Under the pieces are notes generated by a model. The model searched no databases, was not told the DNA's origin, and saw nothing but the letters and a program-made list of their open reading frames with translations. Position numbers and translations under genes: made by a program. This document shows positions 1 through 8,273 of a stretch of DNA of 64,000 nucleotides, piece after piece. Each line of letters opens with the position of its first letter. The stretch's first letter is position 1. Source of the DNA: Escherichia phage DCP80; the sequence record PQ671644.1. The stretch is one strand, 5' to 3'.

Positions 1-734
1 GATACATCCAGCAAGTTGGCATCAATACGTTTGGCACATACTTCTTCAGCCATTTCCATGCTTATATAAAGAACATTATGACCAGTCTGAAGATAGTCAG
101 CAGCTAACGAACAAAGTCCAAGAGATTTACCGACGTTTGTCCCGGCCAGTAAAACGTTCTCTGTACCGTACTCAACCCCACCCTTTGTGATTTTATTCAG
201 GATGTTAATACGGAACGGAACCTTCTTCGATTTGTTCAGATAAGTCTGGAATCGAGCTTCGTAATCGTTTAACCAGTCATGGCCCAGAGCAGAGTCAAAA
301 CAGATAGACAATGCATCGCGCATGATGTCGGGGATAGCACCAATATCCGGGATTCGTTTATCACGTTTATCTTTCGGAAGTTCGGCATTACTCTGGATTT
401 CGATAATCCTGGATGTGGCATTGAACATCGCAGACTTCTGCACATACTTCTCGGTTTCTTTAACCAACCATTCCTGGTCTTCTGGAGTATCGGCCAGGAC
501 TCCTAAGAGTTTCTTTGTGCCTTCATATTCGACTTCAGAAAGGTCAGAACTGTCGAGCGCGATATCAAGTGCAGTCTTAGTTGGTACCGCTTGATATTCT
601 TTTACGTGTTCGTTAATCGTATTAAAAAGAGTCTTCGCGGGACCCTTTTCAAAATATGTGTTATTCAGATACGGCCAGACTTTAACAAAATATTCCTTGT
701 TAAAGAGTAGCTGGGATAAAATAGTTTCTACCAC
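1..734 (-). CDS. 41: Replicative DNA helicase gp41 (DnaB-like), N-terminal part; gene continues beyond window start
   Basis: Minus-strand translation from GTG at 734 reads VETILSQLLFNKEYFVKVWPYLN..., matching T4 gp41 N-terminus; GAGG RBS upstream; open to position 1. Confidence 0.8.
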   Translation of the reverse strand, partial: MVETILSQLLFNKEYFVKVWPYLNNTYFEKGPAKTLFNTINEHVKEYQAVPTKTALDIALDSSDLSEVEYEGTKKLLGVLADTPEDQEWLVKETEKYVQKSAMFNATSRIIEIQSNAELPKDKRDKRIPDIGAIPDIMRDALSICFDSALGHDWLNDYEARFQTYLNKSKKVPFRINILNKITKGGVEYGTENVLLAGTNVGKSLGLCSLAADYLQTGHNVLYISMEMAEEVCAKRIDANLLDV

Positions 735-1072
735 TTCCACCACCTCTTTTTCATTTTAATTTTATCAATTTCATCTTGTATTTGCATTGTAACACACTTT
801 TCTACATGCACAGCAAGCTCCGCTTTGCGGTCTTCAGAAGGGGTGCCGAAATCAACTGAAACTTTTCCAGATGGTTCAATTTTAATTCCGGTTACGTACA
901 CAATGTGACTGGACCCATCAGGGAGTGATAACAGAATTTCCTGTCGTACGGTTCCCATGGATTGCCGGATAATCTCCAAACTTTTTTCGTAGTAAGGTAC
1001 AGAAGGAGCCTTAGCTCCCTCCGCATCTTTCTCGAAATTATCTAAATCAGATAAATCGATATCATTCATCAA
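728..1072 (-). CDS. 40: gp40-like protein (head vertex assembly chaperone position)
   Basis: 114-aa ORF between uvsX and 41 as in T4 uvsX-40-41 operon; start overlaps uvsX stop; called by synteny and size. Confidence 0.55.
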   Translation of the reverse strand: MMNDIDLSDLDNFEKDAEGAKAPSVPYYEKSLEIIRQSMGTVRQEILLSLPDGSSHIVYVTGIKIEPSGKVSVDFGTPSEDRKAELAVHVEKCVTMQIQDEIDKIKMKKRWWKW

Positions 1073-2053
1073 GGTCTTCCATCATATCTAAATCGTTTTC
1101 GATATCTGCCGCAGACGGTTTTGTCTTACCTTCAGGAGCAGTGTATTTTTCAACCTTGGAGGCAATAAGCGCATCAACTTCGGCATCAACAACAGCATTG
1201 CTATCGATTGCACCCAGCTGGTAATGGCGTTTGATTGCGTCACGGAAAGGTTCGTGCTTGAACAACGGGCCCCAGAATTCGGTGCAGTTAGTATCTTTTG
1301 CGCGCCATGATTTTTCTTCGCGGACCATTTCACCGGTCTCAACATCAAGATATTCACGGTTATACCAACCAACTTTCGGTTTCACCACAAATCCGATTTC
1401 CATTGCCATATCAAGCAGGCCAGAATACGGGTCAATACCGCCATCGAATTTTACATCAATGAAGAATTTACTTTTCTCTTTGACCATACGAGATTTTTCG
1501 GCGTTCAGAACAAATTGGAAACCTTCAAGTTCTTTACCAGTTTCTTTAATCTGGCGTTTGCCGATAATGAATACGGTGTCTGCGGAATACATAACACCTG
1601 TACCACCGGTCATAACGGTTTTGCTATACATCTCAATCGTCTCGATTGTATGGTTAACCGCGACACAAGGAATATCCTTGATGCTAAAATATGGAGTAAC
1701 AATACGGAACAGAGATTTCAGGGATTTGGCACGAGTCATATCGCCAACAACTTTTTCGTTCATCGCATCTTCTGTTTCTTTTTTCGACGCCATGTTACCG
1801 ATTGAGTCAATAAAGATAATGACTTTTTCACCACGCTCAATTGCTTCAAGCTGGTTAACCATATCAACTTTCAATTGTTCAACCGACTGGATTGGTGTGT
1901 GGATAACACGTTCCGGGTCAACTTTCATTGCACGAAGATAGGCTTCTGTGATACCAAATTCTGAATCATAGAACAAACAGATTGCATCGGGGTATTTGTT
2001 CATATATGCAGAGACCATCGTTAAACCCATATTGGATTTAAAGTGTTTTGACN
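1062..2053 (-). CDS. uvsX: UvsX RecA-like recombinase, partial (N-terminus lost at N-run)
   Basis: Near-identity to T4 UvsX over ~330 aa (SKHFKSNMGLTMVSAYM...FIIGKRQIKE...); ORF-track N-terminus MRLR across Ns is an artefact. Confidence 0.9.
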
Positions 2054-2102
2054 NNNNNNNNNNNNNNNNNNNNNNNNNNNNNNNNNNNNNNNNNNNNNNN
2101 NN

Positions 2103-2155
2103 ACGCAACCTCATGTTCGTTTAATTGAACGTCATCATCAAAGAGACTTACAGCC
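2103..2155 (-). CDS. 62: Clamp-loader small subunit gp62, first 17 codons only (cut by N-run)
   Basis: ATG at 2155 overlapping gene 44 stop; MAVSLFDDDVQLNEHEVA matches T4 gp62 N-terminus. Confidence 0.6.
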
Positions 2156-3107
2156 ATTTCATTTCCCCAGCCAGTTGAGCAAACAGATAAGTCAAGTGAA
2201 CTTCGGTATTGGCCGCAATGCCATGATACTGATTGTTCTCACCTACAATCTCATACATGCGGATGATACTTGCACCAGTCAGTTTGCCATACATTTCATC
2301 AGCCAGCTTTGCAATGAAGCTTGAATAATCATTTGCATGTTTAGGAGCCAGACCACGAAGAACTTTAAAGTTACGGTCTTTAAGGGCATCAATCACATCA
2401 TCAATTGGCGTGCGATTGTTTGTCACGATACTCAGAATACCAGAATCGATAACACCCTTTGCAGAGTAACGGTCAAGCTCGTTAATTGTCTTACGCAGGT
2501 CCGGGAAGTTATGCTTAACCAGAGCAGCAACAACTTTCAGGTCTTCGATTTCAACGCCTTCGTTTTTACATACCGCAACTGCACGATGAATCATCTCTTT
2601 CATCATGGTAGTCTGGTCAGCCGGAGTTGCTTCACCGAACTTAATGACGCGACAACGAGACTGCAACGGAGTGATAATGCCATCGATATTGTTCGCGGTC
2701 ATAATGATTGAACAGTTGCTCGAATAAGCTTCCATAAAGCTACGAAGATGCCGTTGTGATTCGGCCAGACCTGCACGGTCAAACTCATCGATAACGATTA
2801 CCTTACGGCGACCTTCGATTGATTTGGATGATGCAAAGCGAGTCAATTCATTACGCACAAAGTCAATTCGACAATCGGAGCCGTTAACAAACAGCATATC
2901 AGAATTCGTATCTGCGCACATAGCTTTTGCAACTGTTGTCTTACCAGTACCAGGGGAACTACTGACCAGAATCAAGTTAGGAATCAAACCTTTTTTAACA
3001 ATCGCCTCTAATGTTTCTTTATCATGAGCCGGGAGAATACACTCTGATAATGTACCTGGGCGGTATTTTTGTTCCCACATGAATTCTTTGTCATTAACCG
3101 TTAACAT
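2148..3107 (-). CDS. 44: Clamp-loader large subunit gp44 (AAA+ ATPase)
   Basis: 319 aa, Walker A SPGTGKTT, near-identical to T4 gp44 throughout. Confidence 0.93.
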   Translation of the reverse strand: MLTVNDKEFMWEQKYRPGTLSECILPAHDKETLEAIVKKGLIPNLILVSSSPGTGKTTVAKAMCADTNSDMLFVNGSDCRIDFVRNELTRFASSKSIEGRRKVIVIDEFDRAGLAESQRHLRSFMEAYSSNCSIIMTANNIDGIITPLQSRCRVIKFGEATPADQTTMMKEMIHRAVAVCKNEGVEIEDLKVVAALVKHNFPDLRKTINELDRYSAKGVIDSGILSIVTNNRTPIDDVIDALKDRNFKVLRGLAPKHANDYSSFIAKLADEMYGKLTGASIIRMYEIVGENNQYHGIAANTEVHLTYLFAQLAGEMKWL

Positions 3108-3142
3108 ATATTTTCCTCATATTAGTTTCTACTTTGTACTCC

Positions 3143-3160
3143 ATGGGGCCGAAGCCCCAT
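3143..3160 (-). other. Intercistronic GGGGC(UUCG)GCCCC hairpin between genes 45 and 44
   Basis: Perfect 7-bp stem with UUCG tetraloop on the transcribed strand between 45 stop and 44 start. Confidence 0.5.
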
Positions 3161-3163
3161 TTA

Positions 3164-3859
3164 TTAATCTTGGAATTCGTGGCTAGAGCCTTGTTCCATT
3201 GCAATCACATAGCTTGCTTGTGTGCCTTCAAACTTCGTAGCAAATTTATCATCTTTCGCCCAAAGCATAACACGGTAATCAGCCGGAATCATTTTCATGT
3301 TCAGTTTGTTAATGATAAATTTAAACGCTGCATCACCTTCGTAATCGCCACACACCAGGGAATACAATGGACGCGCCAATTCTTTATCTTCGAGCTGGTT
3401 ATAACCATGGATAACAATCTTACCGTCTTTGTTGGTGATTGCAAAAGTATCCAGAGACAAACCACCAGCCACACGCAGAAGCTGCTGCAGGTCACTGCCT
3501 TTCAGGTCGAAGATAACCTTAGCTACCGGGAAAGGAATCTTCTTAGCAGGGAACACGATAGTGCTCGGGTCAGCCGCAGGCCAGTGAATCGTTGAACGTT
3601 GGTCTTTGATAATGATATTTGATGCGTCTTCAGCCAGAGATACTTCAGCTTGGTCAGTTACCAGGCCCAGGATACTTAAGAAGCCGTTCAGGTCATAAAT
3701 CGCAGCTTCAAAGTCAATTGTATCATTGATTTCGGATTCGCCATATGACGCTCCAGTTACAGAACGAGTCAGGATGGTATTACCCGGCTTAAGCATAATG
3801 CCAGAGTAAATGGAGGTGAAATTTTTCAATACCGCGATTGTGTCCTTTGAGAATTTCAT
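3164..3859 (-). CDS. 45: Sliding clamp gp45
   Basis: 231 aa; strong similarity to T4 gp45 (MKFSKDT...AIYDLNGFL...DLQQLLRV...). Confidence 0.93.
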   Translation of the reverse strand: MKFSKDTIAVLKNFTSIYSGIMLKPGNTILTRSVTGASYGESEINDTIDFEAAIYDLNGFLSILGLVTDQAEVSLAEDASNIIIKDQRSTIHWPAADPSTIVFPAKKIPFPVAKVIFDLKGSDLQQLLRVAGGLSLDTFAITNKDGKIVIHGYNQLEDKELARPLYSLVCGDYEGDAAFKFIINKLNMKMIPADYRVMLWAKDDKFATKFEGTQASYVIAMEQGSSHEFQD

Positions 3860-3924
3860 GTAATTACCTTTTATTCAATATTCAGTTAATGAGAATTAAT
3901 TATACAACGTTTGTTAACAAGCAG

Positions 3925-4332
3925 TTAAGCAACAACTACCATTTGTTTGCGGATAGCTTCCGGAAGAGATTCAATATACTCTGGAAGTTGCGCAGCAATA
4001 ATAGAACCAGCTTGCACCAGATGGTCGTCCGAGTTAACACAATAATCATCTTCAAGACGTTCGGAACCATCACGGTCGATAACCAGTTTAGCACCAGCGG
4101 CCAGTGAATCATTGTAGTGATTACGCATCAGTTCAATCCACTTATCAGATACATCAGTATCAATCACACCGTACAGCATGAATTTAATTTCTTGTGGCAG
4201 AGACTGCAGACGGGTAGCAGATGCTTCATCACATGCCAGGACCCAGGATTTGCGAACACGGTTTTGGTTATGTGGGTTAGCGTCGGTGCGGATGGTTTTA
4301 ACTTGGATATCTTTAGCAGTTACGTTGTTCAT
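3925..4332 (-). CDS. rpbA: RpbA-like protein (RNA polymerase-binding protein position)
   Basis: ORF directly upstream of gene 45 as in T4; start chosen at ATG with GAGAG RBS (ORF track starts at 4356); sequence not verified. Confidence 0.45.
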   Translation of the reverse strand: MNNVTAKDIQVKTIRTDANPHNQNRVRKSWVLACDEASATRLQSLPQEIKFMLYGVIDTDVSDKWIELMRNHYNDSLAAGAKLVIDRDGSERLEDDYCVNSDDHLVQAGSIIAAQLPEYIESLPEAIRKQMVVVA

Positions 4333-4356
4333 AATATTCTCTCTATTCATTATCAA

Positions 4357-4548
4357 TTAATCAAAGTATTCATATGCGAACCAGGCATTGTGTCTGTTCG
4401 CGATTATTTTAACATATTCTTCGCCGAAAGCGTTTTGTAAGTCACGTTCAGTAACAAGGTGTTCATCTTTCGAAAAGGTATTAACTAACACATACCGTTT
4501 AATTTCAGGGACAGCCAGTAAATGCTGCCCGGTTAAGAAGTCAGCCAT
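4357..4548 (-). CDS. Hypothetical protein in gp45.2 position
   Basis: 62-aa model from internal Met (ORF track 83 aa from 4608 would overlap gene 46 end); synteny only. Confidence 0.35.
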   Translation of the reverse strand: MADFLTGQHLLAVPEIKRYVLVNTFSKDEHLVTERDLQNAFGEEYVKIIANRHNAWFAYEYFD

Positions 4549-4582
4549 AATAGCCTCTATTATAACATCCTTGTTTAAAGCA

Positions 4583-6265
4583 TTATTCCATAACAGTGAA
4601 TCGACCAACTTTTTTCATCTGGAGATGTTGCCCGTATGCTTCCGGGTCATGGTCTCGGTGACTGATAATAAAGATGTTGGTGTCTTCCAATTTGTTCAGG
4701 ATGGTAGCAATTGCTTTAACACCCTCTACATCCGTAGCCGAGTCAAAAACTTCGTCCAGAATCAAGGTGTTAATATTAACACCAGATACTTTCGCAGCAA
4801 TATCACGCCATGTAAACAGCAATGCAATATCGATACGAGCTTTTTCACCCTGGCTAAATGATGCATAGCTGAAGTCTTCACGTCCACGAGATTTAATCGT
4901 TTCGTTGAACTCTTCATCTAACGTAAAACTATAATCAGCTTCCATAACTTTAAGATAAGCGTTTATCTGCTTATTAAAGATAGGAATATATTTCTTAATA
5001 ATCGCACCCTTGATACCAGAATCTTTCAACATATCCGTTAGGATACCACGTTGATATTTTTCCATCACAAGGTCAGATTTCTGTTTGACTATTTTATCAA
5101 GCTGGTCTTGAAGCATTTTAATGTCTGCAGCATGGTCAATGAATTCTGACTTGGCTTGCTCGATTAATGCTTTAACCTTTTTAGCTTTTTCGACAGTCTG
5201 GACTAAGGTTTGTTTCTTGGTTTGAATGTCTTGAGCTATTGTACGCTGGTTTTGTCTTGCCTTGGTATACGCATCAAATTGCTCCTGAACAGCGTTCTGG
5301 CGAGCTTTATGGTTATCAGCTGATACATTACATTCTTCAATCTTTGACTCAATCCTGGCGACAATAGGGTCTCCTGGATGCAACTGACTGGCACAAGTCT
5401 GACAGCAACCACCTTTCTCGTACAGACCAACAACCTTTCGGTAATCGTCTATCTTCGATTTAATCAGGAATGATTCCTGCTTTAACTTCGTGAGTTCATG
5501 CTCAGGGTCTTCTCCCAAGATTATCTCGGTCAGTCTTGTCGTTGCTTCTTCGATAGTCGTCTTGATTCCACGTGCTTCTGTGGCAAGTTCATCATACATC
5601 GTTTGCAGCCGCAACAGATTATCACCTGATAATTTTCTTTGGCGGTCTTCGTTGTCCTGATAGATTTTAATCTGTTGAACAATACCATCATGCTGCACAT
5701 CCATCACCTGGATTTGACTATTGACTTCGCGGATAAGAGATTTGTTCAGCTTATCCATATCGGCCAGTACAGAAACCTCTAAAAGGTCTTCGACAAGTTT
5801 TCTTCTTGCAGGAGTGGATAGGCCCATAAAAGGGGTATATCCAGCTGTGCCGAGTACGACAATCTGTTTGAAGCTTGCATAGGACATTCCGATAAGCTGT
5901 TCAAATTCCGCTTGGAAGTCTTTACTGCTGGCAGATTCATCAAGACGTTTACCGCCACAAGAGATTTCAAAAACATTGGGTTTTTGCCCGCGTTTGATAT
6001 AGTATTCTTTTCCATCATATTCCATCCACAATTCAACGAGCATATCTTTTTTATTGCTCGAGTTAATCAGCTGGCCTTTCTTTACATCACGGAAAGGCTT
6101 ACCGAACATAGCAAAGGTAACCGCTTCAAGGAACGTAGATTTCCCCGCGCCGTTCTTACCGGTGACCAGAGTTTTCTGGACTTTATCCAGTTCAACAGTA
6201 ATCGGTTTGGCGCCAACCGACATAATATTTTTATAGATAACTTTCTTAAGCTTAAAAGTCTTCAT
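4583..6265 (-). CDS. 46: Recombination nuclease subunit gp46 (Rad50/SbcC-like ATPase)
   Basis: Walker A GKNGAGKST, signature SFSQGEKAR, Walker B LILDEVFD; near-identical to T4 gp46; start at MKTFKLKK. Confidence 0.92.
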   Translation of the reverse strand: MKTFKLKKVIYKNIMSVGAKPITVELDKVQKTLVTGKNGAGKSTFLEAVTFAMFGKPFRDVKKGQLINSSNKKDMLVELWMEYDGKEYYIKRGQKPNVFEISCGGKRLDESASSKDFQAEFEQLIGMSYASFKQIVVLGTAGYTPFMGLSTPARRKLVEDLLEVSVLADMDKLNKSLIREVNSQIQVMDVQHDGIVQQIKIYQDNEDRQRKLSGDNLLRLQTMYDELATEARGIKTTIEEATTRLTEIILGEDPEHELTKLKQESFLIKSKIDDYRKVVGLYEKGGCCQTCASQLHPGDPIVARIESKIEECNVSADNHKARQNAVQEQFDAYTKARQNQRTIAQDIQTKKQTLVQTVEKAKKVKALIEQAKSEFIDHAADIKMLQDQLDKIVKQKSDLVMEKYQRGILTDMLKDSGIKGAIIKKYIPIFNKQINAYLKVMEADYSFTLDEEFNETIKSRGREDFSYASFSQGEKARIDIALLFTWRDIAAKVSGVNINTLILDEVFDSATDVEGVKAIATILNKLEDTNIFIISHRDHDPEAYGQHLQMKKVGRFTVME

Positions 6266-6515
6266 CGTAATAAGCATCCTTGATACATGATTCAGCCATA
6301 TGGATTAATGCCTCTGGGGTATCATCTTCCATTACATTAAAGCTAAATTCTACGGCCCAATCGGTGACTACATAGACTTTGATAAGTTGACCAGTTTCCC
6401 GGTCAGTGATAGCTTCAAACCAATACTTAATAGTATTCGGTTGATTATCGTCGTCAACCACATCACATTCGCGGATATGCTCAAGCCCCGCTTCATTAAA
6501 ATCATAAAGTCTCAT
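6252..6515 (-). CDS. Hypothetical protein in gp46.1 position
   Basis: 87-aa ORF between 47 and 46; synteny only. Confidence 0.4.
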   Translation of the reverse strand: MRLYDFNEAGLEHIRECDVVDDDNQPNTIKYWFEAITDRETGQLIKVYVVTDWAVEFSFNVMEDDTPEALIHMAESCIKDAYYDEDF

Positions 6516-7307
6516 GGTTGCACCTCAAGATATAATTTGTTGGCCAATGCTTTGAGAGCTTTTGATTCTTTCTCATTGGCGTCAGGTAATGCATCGATAT
6601 ATTCTGCCATCATATCTGTTAAGCGTTTTATGTCTAACTCTTCATCAGAGTCTGACGTATCAACACTGTTATCAACCTTATTGACAACACGCAATTCGTG
6701 CACACGCTTTTCTAATTCAGATTCGAACTTGGTCAGGTCTTTATCGACTTTTTCTACAATAACACGGACTGATAAGTCTTTGAAGTCGTCGTAGTTAATA
6801 GTTTCGTTTGGATAAAAAATCTTCCGATGCCAGGTGGTTTCATTCGGAATAAATTTCATCTCTTCGGTTTCTGTATCAAATTCCCAGAATCCGCGCGGGT
6901 CATTCTCATCACCTGCTGTTAATGTCCATGGCGTTCCTATGTACTTAACGTTCGCAGCTTCTGAAATGGTATGGAAGTGCCCAGACCAAACTTGCTTGTA
7001 CTTCTTAAGGAAATCAGGCTCAAGTCCGTGGGATTTCAATCCTTTATAGAAATAAAACCCGGTTAATTCCCAGTGACCGATGCAATATTCGGCACCAGAA
7101 GTTTTGATGTGTTGATGAATGTCAGTCGCGTTCTCGTCACACATCCATGGAATCATATCAATCTGACAACCGTCAAAATCAACAGTCGTTGGCTTATCGT
7201 AGATTTTAACATGGTCATACTTATTCAGGAGTTCAGTGATAGCATTAGGATGAATCTTATTCTTCAGATTCATGTCATGGTTCCCGACTATCGTGTGCAT
7301 AGTAATT
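6512..7307 (-). CDS. 47: Recombination nuclease subunit gp47 (Mre11/SbcD-like), partial (N-terminus lost at N-run)
   Basis: Phosphoesterase motifs GNHD and GHFH; matches T4 gp47 from ...ITLHTIVGNHD to C-terminus. Confidence 0.88.
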
Positions 7308-7322
7308 NNNNNNNNNNNNNNN

Positions 7323-7405
7323 TTCCCGGTCGCATTATCTTTAAAAATTCTATCAAGAAGTCCAAAAAGTAGGTCTGATAATGAAAATCCTACTTTTGGT
7401 TCCAT
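7323..7405 (-). CDS. t: Holin t, first 27 codons (cut by N-run)
   Basis: MEPKVGFSLSDLLFGLLDRIFKDNATG resembles T4 holin T N-terminus; lies downstream of gene 38 as in T4. Confidence 0.7.
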
Positions 7406-7441
7406 ACTTTTCTCCTTTAAAGATATTTATAATATGGGGTA

Positions 7442-8242
7442 TTATACTCTGCTTCCGTATATCGTACCAACGTTTTGCCAGTTAGGAGCATTACCGGCGA
7501 CTGCTGCCCCAGCATTACCACCAGCACCAACTTTAAGCACTTTACCTCCATCATTCCAAGCGTTTTGGCCTTTAGCACCGACATTCCCACCAGCACCTGA
7601 ATGCGCGTTACCATAATTATAACCACCACCTGCTCCGGTAAGAGATGCCGCCCCACCGGAGTATCCTCCGCCACCAGCTGCACCAAATGGTCTACCGCCG
7701 CCAGCGCCTATATCTTGCCAGTTAGCACCTGAATGGGGTCTATACGCGATGCCACCACCACCGCCACCACCACCGGCTATAGCGCCATTATTACGGATAC
7801 GAAGTTTAGTTCCGGCATTGTTTTGTATGGCTATTCCGCCGGCCTCACCATTACCATTGCCGTCGCTATGGGTCCAGCCTCCTCGGCCTCCTCGACCATA
7901 AACGGTAACACCGCTATTAATATTAAGTTGTATATAAGCATTAGGTAAGTTGCTAGGGAATTCCAGACATGGGTTTCCGCGGTTGTTAGATACCAAGTCA
8001 CCAGTAATTGTAATAACAACAGGCGCACTGCCTTGTGCTCTCATCCAGTTTATAAGGGTGTTTTTATCATAGTTATGATTAGCCCCTATAGATAAGTAAA
8101 TTTCTTTTGATTGGTTAGCCATCGAACCCATCCAACCCGGGACAGCTACACGAACATCTCGCATTGCTGCATCCATCCAACGTTGGCCAGTTTCGTCAAC
8201 TGCAGATTGTCCGACCCAACCAGGTAATCCTACAATTGCCAT
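7442..8242 (-). CDS. 38: gp38 tail-fibre adhesin, T2-type with glycine-rich loops
   Basis: 266 aa; N-terminus MAIVGLPGWVG...QRWM typical of T2-type gp38; several poly-Gly stretches including eight consecutive Gly. Confidence 0.8.
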   Translation of the reverse strand: MAIVGLPGWVGQSAVDETGQRWMDAAMRDVRVAVPGWMGSMANQSKEIYLSIGANHNYDKNTLINWMRAQGSAPVVITITGDLVSNNRGNPCLEFPSNLPNAYIQLNINSGVTVYGRGGRGGWTHSDGNGNGEAGGIAIQNNAGTKLRIRNNGAIAGGGGGGGGIAYRPHSGANWQDIGAGGGRPFGAAGGGGYSGGAASLTGAGGGYNYGNAHSGAGGNVGAKGQNAWNDGGKVLKVGAGGNAGAAVAGNAPNWQNVGTIYGSRV

Positions 8243-8273
8243 AATAAATCCTTAGGGCCCGAAGGCCCTTTTC

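Noticed and set aside
1231-1941. 236-aa plus-strand ORF inside uvsX
   Set aside because: Antisense to a highly conserved gene, no RBS, low-complexity translation; same reasoning applied to other antisense ORFs inside genes 23 (22744-23568), 22 (21961-22452), 18 (42117-42884), 52 (59082-59468) and 37.
1062-2114. ORF-track model of uvsX that starts with MRLR and reads through the N-run
   Set aside because: Translation across Ns is meaningless; the sequence beyond the gap is the gene 62 start, so the real uvsX N-terminus is missing.
6512-7405. Single 297-aa ORF fusing gene 47 with the holin t N-terminus
   Set aside because: The two parts are separated by an N-run and belong to different genes (Mre11-like gp47 versus holin T); the apparent in-frame fusion is coincidental.
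7740-7775. Poly-glycine coding repeat (GCC/ACC runs) considered as a tandem DNA repeat or CRISPR-like array
   Set aside because: It is the glycine-rich loop region of the gp38 adhesin inside an intact ORF; no spacer-repeat periodicity anywhere in the window.
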